Shown: piece by piece, positions 1 through 8,521 of the stretch | Layout: each line of letters starts with the position of its first letter | Numbering within the stretch: position 1 is the stretch's first letter | Source of the DNA: Candidatus Saccharimonadota bacterium | Lineage (GTDB): Bacteria > Pseudomonadota > Gammaproteobacteria > Enterobacterales > Enterobacteriaceae | DNA length: 32,000 nt | NCBI RefSeq assembly: GCF_017656055.1 | Contig: NZ_CP069383.1 | Span: 90,001 to 122,000 of the forward strand | Direction of reading: 5' to 3' | Made by a program: the position numbers and the translations under genes | Notes under the pieces: generated by a model | Told to the model about the DNA's origin: nothing | What the model saw: the letters and a program-made list of their open reading frames with translations, nothing else | Database searches by the model: none

Positions 1-1
1 T

Positions 2-370
2 AATAGTAAAAATAATGATTTAAATATATCTATAATATTTTCAGGTTCAGAAATAGAAATATCTATGGAAATTTATAATTATTTAATAAGTAAAAATATA
101 AATTGTAAAATTATATCAATGCCATCTATATCAATATTTATGAATCAAAGTAAAGAATATAGAAAAAATATAATAGATAATAATTCAAAAAAAATAATTA
201 TAGAATTATGTACTACAAATTATTGGTATAAATATGTAAATTATAATGATAGTATTATTATAGGTTTAGAAGATTTTGGAAAATCAGGATCGGATTTAGA
301 CTTAATAAATATATTTAAGTTTGATTTAAATTCTATAATTAATAAAATTAATTTATTTTTAAAAATATAA
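2..370 (+). CDS. tkt: Transketolase, C-terminal fragment (5' end lies outside the window)
   Basis: The frame is open from base 2. The translation ...IIFSGSEIEISMEIYNYL...IISMPSISIF...NYWYKYV...GLEDFGKSG matches the E. coli TktA C-terminus (LIFIATGSEVELAV...VVSMPSTDAF...DYWYKYV...GMTTFGESA). Confidence 0.85.
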   Translation, partial: NSKNNDLNISIIFSGSEIEISMEIYNYLISKNINCKIISMPSISIFMNQSKEYRKNIIDNNSKKIIIELCTTNYWYKYVNYNDSIIIGLEDFGKSGSDLDLINIFKFDLNSIINKINLFLKI

Positions 371-371
371 T

Positions 372-1613
372 ATGATATATTTTGTAATTTTTATATTAAG
401 TAACATATACTATTTTTTTTATATAATTATAAATGATAAAATATTAGCTTTTGTTAATGATAAAATTATACTAAAAAGTGATTTATTAAATTATGTTAGA
501 TATAATAGACTTTATAATGATTTATATAAAAATTATAATTATGATTTATCTAATTTAAATAATCTAGTAAAGGATATAATTATTTATAATATTTCTAGAA
601 AAAAAATAAAAATAGATAATAAAATAATTAATAAAATTATAAGTATAAAAGCAAAAAAAAATTTTTTATCTAAAAAGGATTATATAGAATATATTCTTGA
701 TAATAATATAAATAAAAAATTTTATAAATTATATATAAAAAGAAAAATATATAATCATATTTTTATAAATAAATATATAAAAAATAAAATATTTATTAAT
801 GATAAAGAAATAGATTATTATAAAAATTATTTTAATATAAGTGATAATTTTATTAAAAATTTATATTGTAAAATGAATTTATATATATTAAAAATAAATA
901 GTATTAAAATTAACAATAAAATTATTGATAAAATATCAAAAATTTTTTTTTATAATAAAAATAATTTAGTTAAGTTACAAAATAATATATTATTAAAAAA
1001 AAGTAATAATATAAATTTTATAAAATATAATGAAATAAATTTTAAAAATATTCCTATATTTATAAGAAAGAAAATAAACTTATTAAAAAGTGAAAAAATA
1101 GAATTTAAAAAAAAAATTATTATTAATAATAATATTTTTTTAATAAGAATATGTAAAGTTAAAAAACCTAATATTGATTCTATAGTTTATGTTAAAAGAT
1201 TTAATTGTTTTTATATAAATAATAAAAATACTATTAATAATAAAAAAGAAATTTTTAATTTATTTAATTATTTAAGTATAAATAATAAAAAAAATAATTT
1301 AAATTTTATAAAAAAAAAATTTAAAAATGTTAATTTTATTAAAAAATACTATTTTGTAAAAAAAAATATTAATTATCAATTATTAAAAGAAATAAGAAAA
1401 ATAAATTGTAAAAATATATTATCAAATCCTATATTAATAAATAATAGATGGATTTTATTAAAATTATATAATATAGAAAGTATGAAATTAATAGATTTTT
1501 ATAAAGAAAAAATAATATCAAATATTTTATATAATAGAAAAATAAATTTTTATATAAATTTTATAATAAAAAAGAATAAAAATATGTTTAAAATATATAA
1601 AAATGTTAATTAA
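372..1613 (+). CDS. surA: Periplasmic chaperone / PPIase SurA (highly diverged)
   Basis: 413 aa versus 428 aa in E. coli. Hydrophobic N-terminus followed by ILAFVNDKIILKSDL (E. coli VAAVVNNGVVLESDV). Parvulin-like ...NRWILLKL (GWHIIKV). Sits directly upstream of rsmA as in the E. coli surA-pdxA-rsmA block. Confidence 0.6.
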   Translation: MIYFVIFILSNIYYFFYIIINDKILAFVNDKIILKSDLLNYVRYNRLYNDLYKNYNYDLSNLNNLVKDIIIYNISRKKIKIDNKIINKIISIKAKKNFLSKKDYIEYILDNNINKKFYKLYIKRKIYNHIFINKYIKNKIFINDKEIDYYKNYFNISDNFIKNLYCKMNLYILKINSIKINNKIIDKISKIFFYNKNNLVKLQNNILLKKSNNINFIKYNEINFKNIPIFIRKKINLLKSEKIEFKKKIIINNNIFLIRICKVKKPNIDSIVYVKRFNCFYINNKNTINNKKEIFNLFNYLSINNKKNNLNFIKKKFKNVNFIKKYYFVKKNINYQLLKEIRKINCKNILSNPILINNRWILLKLYNIESMKLIDFYKEKIISNILYNRKINFYINFIIKKNKNMFKIYKNVN

Positions 1614-2370
1614 AAAAAAAAAACCAATTTTTGATCAATATATTTTAAAAAATAATAATATTATAAAAGAAATTATAAAATTAGTAAACATATCTTTTAA
1701 TGATAATATTTTGGAAATAGGACCCGGTACAGGGTCCTTAACAAATGAAATATTAAAGTATAATAATAAAATATCTATTGTAGAAATAGATAAAAATATA
1801 TTACCTATTAAATTTTTTAATAATAAAAATATTAATTTATTTATAGAAAATGCAATATATTTTAATATAAGTAAAATATATAATATAAAAAAAAAAAAAG
1901 TTAGAATAATTGGAAATTTACCATATAAAGTTTCTATACCAATAATAATAAATTTAATAAAATATAGATTTTATATAGAAGATATAAATATTATGATACA
2001 ACAAGAATTATCTGATAAATTATTATTATTAAAAAATAAATATTGTAGAATTAGTTTTTTATTAAGTTTATTTTTTAATATAAAATTATTAATAAAAAAC
2101 ATAAATCCAAATAATTTTTATCCTATTCCTAAGGTTAAATCTTCTTTTATAAATATAAAACCTTATTTTAATTCAATTAATAATAATATAGATATTAATA
2201 AAATAAAAAATATTTCTATAATATTATTTAATAATAAAAGAAAAAAAATAAAAAACTCTTTAAAAAAATATATTTTTTTAGAAAAGTTAGATAAAAAAAT
2301 TTTAAATAATAGATTAGAAAAATTATCTTTATATGAAATATATAATTTATCAAATTATATTAAATTATAA
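1603..2370 (+). CDS. rsmA: 16S rRNA (adenine1518/1519-N6)-dimethyltransferase
   Basis: SAM-binding motif ILEIGPGTGSLT and catalytic IIGNLPY. 255 aa versus 273 aa. Overlaps the surA stop by 11 nt. Confidence 0.9.
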   Translation: MLIKKKKPIFDQYILKNNNIIKEIIKLVNISFNDNILEIGPGTGSLTNEILKYNNKISIVEIDKNILPIKFFNNKNINLFIENAIYFNISKIYNIKKKKVRIIGNLPYKVSIPIIINLIKYRFYIEDINIMIQQELSDKLLLLKNKYCRISFLLSLFFNIKLLIKNINPNNFYPIPKVKSSFINIKPYFNSINNNIDINKIKNISIILFNNKRKKIKNSLKKYIFLEKLDKKILNNRLEKLSLYEIYNLSNYIKL

Positions 2371-5199
2371 TAAATATCTACTTTCTTCAAATTGTAAATA
2401 CATATTTTTAATACATTTTAAACATAATTTATTATTTATATTAAATATATAATAATAACTTTTATCATAGAAATTCCAACATCTTATACATTTTATGTAA
2501 TTATTTTTTAATATATATATATATATATCATTATTATTATATTTATATATATAATTACAGATATTTCCTATATTATCTAATATAAGTATTTTTGATGTTA
2601 TAAAAAAAGTATTTAATTCATCAATAAACATATTCATTATAAAGCTATAATATTTATTTTTTTTTATATATAATAGAATAATTATTTCTAATGAATTTTT
2701 TATTTTTTTTTTTTCTTTACATTCTTCTATAATTTTGTTTATTATATTTTTAATATAAAACATATAATTCCAAAAATTATTTTTTAATAGGATTTTATTA
2801 ATATTATTGAATTTTTTTTCTATGTTTATATTATTCCATTTTAATATAAATATATTTTTATATTTTTTTTTATTAATATATTTATATGATTCATATGATG
2901 TAAATGTAAGTATAGGGAATATCCATTTTAAAAATAGATCTAATAAATTATATAATACTGTTTGAGCACTTAATCTATATATAGATTTTTTTTTAAATGT
3001 ATATAATCTATCTTTTATTAAATCTATATATATACTTAAATCTTTATATATAAAATTTTTTATTATATCTATTACTATATAAAATTTATAAAAATTGTAA
3101 TTATATATTATATTTTTATTTATATTATTTATTTTATTAATAAACCATAAATCTATTATTAATAAATTATTTTCATTTTTAATTATTTTATTTTTTTTTA
3201 CGTCTTCTATATTAGATATTATAAATTTTATTACATTTCTTATTTTTTTATATAATTCTACTATATTATTTATAGAATTTTCATTAAAAAAAATATCTTT
3301 TTTATAATTATTACTAGATATATATAATCTTATTATATCACTAGGATAATTATTAATATTTAAATTGTTATAATTATTTAATGATTTAGATATTTTTATT
3401 CCATTATTATTTAATATAAATTTATGTATTAATACATTTTTATATGGTATTTTATTATGTAATGCAAAAAATATTATTAATGAAGATATAAACCATCCTC
3501 TAAATTGATCTATACCTTCTACACAAAGATCATATTCATTTATTTTTTTATTATATTTTTTTATATAATTTATAAAACTAATACCTGAATCAAACCATAC
3601 ATCTAAAACATCTTTATTTTTTTTATATATTTTATCATCTATATTAAAATCTTTTATTTTTATTTTATTCCATATTTCAGAACCATTATTTCTAATTAAT
3701 TTACATATTTTTTTAAGAAATATATAAGTTTTTGGATGAGGGATATTATTTTCATTTATAAAAACAGCTATAGGAACTCCCCATATTCTTTGTCTTGATA
3801 TACACCAATAATCTCTATTGATTAACATTTTTATTATATTATTTTTACCCCAATTAGGAATAAAATTAACATTTTTTATATTATCTATACATTTTTTTTT
3901 TAAGTTTTTATGATTTAAATCTATAAACCATTGAAAAATTGATCTAAATATTATTTTTTGATTATGTCTATTACAAAATGGATAATTATGATATATATTT
4001 AAATTAAAAAAATATATATTTATTTTTTTTAAAAATTCTATAATTTTATTATTGGATTTAAAAATGTTATTTTTATATAATTCTTTTACACATATATTTT
4101 CATTATAAATTCCTAATTCGTCTATCGAATTTTTTATATTTAAATTATTTTTTATACCTAATTCATAATCTTCTATACCATGACCCGGAGCTATATGTAC
4201 TATTCCTGTACCGAAATTTTCTACTATATTATTATCAAATATTATTTTTATTATTTTATTTGATATACTATTAAATACTTTTATATCTAATAAATATAAT
4301 CCTAAAAATTCTTCTATAATATTATATTTATCCTTAAATATTTTATTTTTTAAATTATTTAAAGAACTTTTTGATATTATTAAATAATTATTATTTATTT
4401 TTATTATATTGTATAATATATTTGGATTTATAGATATTGCTTCATTATCAAATATAGTCCATAAAGTTGTAGTCCATATTAATACATTATAATTAAAACT
4501 TTTATTTTTAAATACATTTTTTTTATTATAGAAATTTATATCTTTATAAACATTAAAATAAAAATATAATGTATTAGAATTTATTTCTTTATATGATATT
4601 TCAAATTCTGATATTGTTGATTTACATTCTATACACCAGTAAACTGGTTTATACTTTAATTTTATATATCCAAGTTTATATAGTTCAGAAAAACATTTTA
4701 GTATATTATATTGATATTCAAAATTCATAGTATAATAATATTTATTCCAATTAGTTATTATACCTAATTTAATAAAACTTTTTTTTTGGTTATCTATTTG
4801 AATATTAACATATTTTCTGCATTTTTCTATTAATATATTTTTAAAATCATCACTTATATTATTTATATTTATTTTATTTTTAAATACTTTTAATTCTATT
4901 GGTAAACCATGACAATCCCATCCTGGTATATATTCACAATTAAAACCACTAAGTCTTTTTGATTTTAATATTATATCTTTTATTATTTTATTTAGAATAT
5001 TTCCTATATGTATATTACCATTTGCATATGGTGGTCCATCATGTAATAAAAATTTTTTTTTATTATTTTTATTTTTTTTAGTTATAAAATAATATATATT
5101 AATGTTTTCCCATTCATTTAATATTTCTTTTTCTTTTTCTATTAAATTTCCTTTCATAGAAAATTTAGTTTTAGGTAAATTAAGTTTTAAATTTTTCAT
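2365..5199 (-). CDS. ileS: Isoleucyl-tRNA synthetase
   Basis: HDGPPYANGNIHIGN (HIGH motif), KISKS (KMSKS motif), C-terminal Cys cluster CIRCWNF...CLKC. 944 aa versus 938 aa. Confidence 0.97.
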   Translation of the reverse strand: MKNLKLNLPKTKFSMKGNLIEKEKEILNEWENINIYYFITKKNKNNKKKFLLHDGPPYANGNIHIGNILNKIIKDIILKSKRLSGFNCEYIPGWDCHGLPIELKVFKNKININNISDDFKNILIEKCRKYVNIQIDNQKKSFIKLGIITNWNKYYYTMNFEYQYNILKCFSELYKLGYIKLKYKPVYWCIECKSTISEFEISYKEINSNTLYFYFNVYKDINFYNKKNVFKNKSFNYNVLIWTTTLWTIFDNEAISINPNILYNIIKINNNYLIISKSSLNNLKNKIFKDKYNIIEEFLGLYLLDIKVFNSISNKIIKIIFDNNIVENFGTGIVHIAPGHGIEDYELGIKNNLNIKNSIDELGIYNENICVKELYKNNIFKSNNKIIEFLKKINIYFFNLNIYHNYPFCNRHNQKIIFRSIFQWFIDLNHKNLKKKCIDNIKNVNFIPNWGKNNIIKMLINRDYWCISRQRIWGVPIAVFINENNIPHPKTYIFLKKICKLIRNNGSEIWNKIKIKDFNIDDKIYKKNKDVLDVWFDSGISFINYIKKYNKKINEYDLCVEGIDQFRGWFISSLIIFFALHNKIPYKNVLIHKFILNNNGIKISKSLNNYNNLNINNYPSDIIRLYISSNNYKKDIFFNENSINNIVELYKKIRNVIKFIISNIEDVKKNKIIKNENNLLIIDLWFINKINNINKNIIYNYNFYKFYIVIDIIKNFIYKDLSIYIDLIKDRLYTFKKKSIYRLSAQTVLYNLLDLFLKWIFPILTFTSYESYKYINKKKYKNIFILKWNNINIEKKFNNINKILLKNNFWNYMFYIKNIINKIIEECKEKKKIKNSLEIIILLYIKKNKYYSFIMNMFIDELNTFFITSKILILDNIGNICNYIYKYNNNDIYIYILKNNYIKCIRCWNFYDKSYYYIFNINNKLCLKCIKNMYLQFEESRYLL

Positions 5200-5321
5200 A
5201 ATAAAATTAATTTAATTTTATTAAATATTTTTAATAAAAAATATTTTTTTTTATTTTAAAATAAATATAATTTTATTATAATATAAAAAAAAGTTTTTTT
5301 ACAATTTTAAAATATATTTTA

Positions 5322-5567
5322 ATGTTAAACAAAAATTCAATAATAAATAGAAAGAAAAATAAAATTAATAATATAAAAAAATCTATTATTAAAAATTCTA
5401 TAAGAAAAATTAAATTCTTTATAAAAAATAATAAAAAAAATGAAGCTATTTTATATTATAAAACTTTTCAATCTATATTAGATAAAAAATATAAAAATGT
5501 TTTTAATAAAAATAAAGTTTCTAGAATAAAATCTAGAATATATAAAAATATAATAAAAATAGTTTAA
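5322..5567 (+). CDS. rpsT: 30S ribosomal protein S20
   Basis: 81-aa basic protein. The ...KKN..N..KKS..K..IR..K and NKVSRIKSRI pattern resembles E. coli S20. Divergent from ileS as in E. coli. Confidence 0.85.
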   Translation: MLNKNSIINRKKNKINNIKKSIIKNSIRKIKFFIKNNKKNEAILYYKTFQSILDKKYKNVFNKNKVSRIKSRIYKNIIKIV

Positions 5568-5569
5568 TT

Positions 5570-6082
5570 ATGAAAATAGGAATTTTTTATGGTACTAATA
5601 CTGGAAATACTGAAAAAATATCTAAAATTATAGCTAAAAAATTAAATATTAATAATATTTTTGATATTTCAAAAAATAAAATTAATTTAATTAATAATTA
5701 TGATATAATTTTTATAGGATCTTCTACGTGGTTTTATGGTGAATTACAATATGATTGGGAGTGCAGAATAAATGAATTAAAAAAAATAAATTTTTATAAT
5801 AAATATATATGTTTATTTGGATGTGGTGATCAAGTTAATTATTCTGATAATTTTTGTGATGGATTATATTATATTTATAAATCTATATATAAAAATGATA
5901 TTAGATTATTAGGTTTATTTGATAAAATAAATTATAATTTTAATAAATCTAAAAGTTTTATTAAAAAAAAAAATAAATTTCTTGGTTTAGTAATAGATGA
6001 AGATAATCAAAAAAATGAAACTGAAGAAAGAATAAATAAATGGTTAATAGAAATTGATAAAAAAATTAAAATTTTTAAATAA
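5570..6082 (+). CDS. fldA: Flavodoxin (long-chain, FldA type)
   Basis: MKIGIFYGTNTGNTEKISKII versus E. coli MAITGIFFGSDTGNTENIAKMI. 170 aa versus 176 aa. Confidence 0.9.
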   Translation: MKIGIFYGTNTGNTEKISKIIAKKLNINNIFDISKNKINLINNYDIIFIGSSTWFYGELQYDWECRINELKKINFYNKYICLFGCGDQVNYSDNFCDGLYYIYKSIYKNDIRLLGLFDKINYNFNKSKSFIKKKNKFLGLVIDEDNQKNETEERINKWLIEIDKKIKIFK

Positions 6083-7256
6083 AAATATATATTTAGTAGG
6101 TGGAGCAGTAAGAGATAAATTATTATATTTACCAATAAAAGAAAAAGATTGGGTTGTTGTAGGTTTTAATATAAAAGATATGTTAAAATTAGGATTTAAA
6201 AAGGTTGGTAAAAATTTTCCAGTTTTTATACATCCTAAAACAAAAGAGGAATATGCATTAGCAAGAAAAGATATAAAATATAAATATGGTTATTGTGGAT
6301 TTAAATTTATTTTTTCCCCTAATGTAACTTTAAAAGAAGATCTATTTAGAAGAGATATAACAATAAATGCTATAGCTCAAGATAAAAATGGTAATATTAT
6401 AGATCCATACAATGGTATTAATGATATAAAAAAAAAAGTTATAAGACATGTATCTAATAGTTTTGTAGAAGATCCATTAAGAGTTTTAAGAGTATCTAGA
6501 ATATTTTCATATTTATTTTATTTAGGTTTTAAAATAGATTATAAAACTATAGAAATTATGAAAAAAATATCTTATTCTAATGAGTTATTATATTTATCAA
6601 GTGAAAGAATATGGAAAGAAACATATAAAGCATTAAAAACTAACAATCCAGAATTATATTTTTATATATTATATAAAACGAAATCTTTTTTTAAAGTATT
6701 TCAAGATTTTAAATATATTATTTTAAATAATTCAGATTTAAAAATATTCTTTAAAATTTTAAGAAATATTAAAAAAATACCTTATTGCCCATATATTAAA
6801 TTTTCTATAATATTATATGAATTATATAAAAAAAAAAATAAATTAAAATTAAAAGTGCATAATATAATATATAATTTATTTAAAAAATTTGGTATTAAAA
6901 AAGAAATAAGAGATTTATTATATAATATTATAAATAATATAAATGATATTTTATTAATAAAATATAAAGATTATAATGATGTATTAACTTTATTTTATAA
7001 AATAAAAATTTTTAATAATATAAATAATTATATTATATTTAAAAAAATATGTTTTTTTGATTTTATATCAAATAATTTAATATCTAAAAAATACTTTATA
7101 AATTTAAATATTTATATAGATATATTATATAATATTTTTGTAAATAAAGGTTTTTTTTATAAAAAAAAAAATATTTTTATAATAAAAAAAATAATAAACA
7201 ATAAAAGTAAATATAATTTTTTTATTACAAAAATTCTTTTAGATAAAAAAAAATAA
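6054..7256 (+). CDS. cca: tRNA nucleotidyltransferase (CCA-adding enzyme)
   Basis: [26 protein letters not shown] versus E. coli [28 protein letters not shown]. Motif [13 protein letters not shown]. There is no alternative start codon nearer the conserved N-terminus, so the gene overlaps fldA by 29 nt. Confidence 0.9.
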   Translation: [400 protein letters not shown]

Positions 7257-8273
7257 TTATATATTATTTATAGAGCATTTAGAATTTATTATAATACTTA
7301 AATTATTTAAATATTTATAATATATTTCTTTTTTATTTTTAAAAAATTTTATATATCCTAAATAAGCTATCATAATAGAATTGTCTGTACGTATTTTTTT
7401 TTTAGGATAATATATATTTATTTTTTTATTAATATTTTTTCTTAAACTTTTTATTATATTTTCATTTTTAGAAACTCCTCCAGATATTAATAATGTATTT
7501 ATTTTATATTTATTTAATGCTTTAATAGATTTATTTATTAATATATTTATTATTGAATTTTCAAATTCTCTTGATATATCAAATCTATCTTGTATTGTTA
7601 TATTTTTATTATTTTTAATTAAATAATATATATGCGTTTTTAAACCAGAAAAACTAAAATTTAAGTCTTTTGAATTTATTAAAGGTTTTGGAAATTTATA
7701 TTTTCCTAATTTACCATATTTTGATATTTTAGATATAATTTTAGATCCAGGAAATTTTATATTTAAAATTTTTGCTACTTTATCGAAAGTTTGACCTAAT
7801 GAATTATCTAATGTTTTACCTATTATTTTATATTTACCTATTTTATAAGATCTTATTAATTCAGTATGTCCACCAGAAATTATTAATCCTATTAACGGAA
7901 ACTTTATATTTTTATTATTAATCATAGGAGATATCATATGAGCTTCTATATGATTTATAGGTATAGAAGGTATATTTAATGAATATGCTAATGATTTTCC
8001 AATGTATACACCTGTAATAAGAGATCCAAATAATCCAGGTCCATTTGTATAAGCTATTAAAGAAATTTTTTTAAAATTTATTTTATTTTTTTTAAAAATT
8101 TTATATATATTATTTATATGTTTATCAGAAGCTAAATTTGGAACTATACCATCATATTTATGATGAATCTTATTTTGATTGATATTAGTATTTAATATTA
8201 TTCCTTTTTTATCATCATATATTGAAATACATGTATCATCACATGAAGTTTCTATTCCTAAAACTCTAATCAT
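7257..8273 (-). CDS. tsaD: tRNA N6-adenosine threonylcarbamoyltransferase
   Basis: MIRVLGIETSCDDT and metal-binding NHIEAHM. 338 aa versus 337 aa. Divergent from rpsU as in E. coli. Its stop directly abuts the cca stop. Confidence 0.95.
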   Translation of the reverse strand: MIRVLGIETSCDDTCISIYDDKKGIILNTNINQNKIHHKYDGIVPNLASDKHINNIYKIFKKNKINFKKISLIAYTNGPGLFGSLITGVYIGKSLAYSLNIPSIPINHIEAHMISPMINNKNIKFPLIGLIISGGHTELIRSYKIGKYKIIGKTLDNSLGQTFDKVAKILNIKFPGSKIISKISKYGKLGKYKFPKPLINSKDLNFSFSGLKTHIYYLIKNNKNITIQDRFDISREFENSIINILINKSIKALNKYKINTLLISGGVSKNENIIKSLRKNINKKINIYYPKKKIRTDNSIMIAYLGYIKFFKNKKEIYYKYLNNLSIIINSKCSINNI

Positions 8274-8349
8274 ATTTTTTTAAATTTATATTTATAATAT
8301 AATATTATAAATACTTTATAAAAAATAAAAAATATTAAATAATAAATTT

Positions 8350-8520
8350 ATGATAACTATAAATATAAAAGAAAATGAAAATTTTGAGACATGTTTAAGA
8401 AAATTTAAAAAAACTTGCGATAAATTAGGTATAATATCAGAATGTAAAAGTAGAAAATTTCATGAAAAACCTTCTACAAAAAGAAAAAATAGTAAATCTT
8501 CAAAAAAAAAAAAAAAATAA
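8350..8520 (+). CDS. rpsU: 30S ribosomal protein S21
   Basis: Not in the ORF track because it is under 60 aa. MITINIKENENFETCLRKFKKTCDKLGIISECKSRKFHEKPSTKRKNSKSSKKKKK aligns residue for residue with E. coli S21 ([48 protein letters not shown]). First gene of the rpsU-dnaG-rpoD block. The start coordinate may be off by 1; see the rejected frameshift note. Confidence 0.8.
   Translation: MITINIKENENFETCLRKFKKTCDKLGIISECKSRKFHEKPSTKRKNSKSSKKKKK
8502..8517 (+). repeat. A16 homopolymer forming the S21 C-terminal lysine tail, 4 nt upstream of the dnaG ATG
   Basis: tca aaa aaa aaa aaa aaa taa in the rpsU frame. The same run reads caa aaa aaa aaa aaa aat in the dnaG frame (track protein QKKKKNN). 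Confidence 0.8.
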
Positions 8521-8521
8521 T

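Noticed and set aside
2509-2528. (AT)n microsatellite of about 18-20 nt, together with the many other AT-only low-complexity stretches, considered as candidate repeats, CRISPR arrays or mobile-element ends.
   Set aside because: It is in frame inside ileS, where it encodes DIYIYI. The window has no spacer-repeat periodicity, no long direct or inverted repeats flanking genes, and no transposase or integrase ORF.
5200-5321. Promoter (-10/-35), Shine-Dalgarno and heat-shock promoter calls in the divergent spacers 5200-5321, 8274-8349, 18267-18330 and 23064-23181.
   Set aside because: At this AT content TATAAT-like hexamers occur every few bases, and no distinct purine-rich SD or sigma-32-like element stands out. 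Any call would be unsupported without transcript mapping.
8349-8408. Apparent +1 frameshift in rpsU at a short A run near 8399-8403. One of my hand counts gave five As, which breaks the S21 frame after 18 codons.
   Set aside because: A second reading of the same lines gives four As (aga aaa ttt aaa) and a continuous 56-aa S21 from ATG 8350 to TAA 8520, which is 171 nt and divisible by 3. My by-eye homopolymer counts proved unreliable elsewhere: at the cca/tsaD junction the ORF-track coordinates showed I had added an A. I therefore treat rpsU as intact. An exact computational count would settle it.
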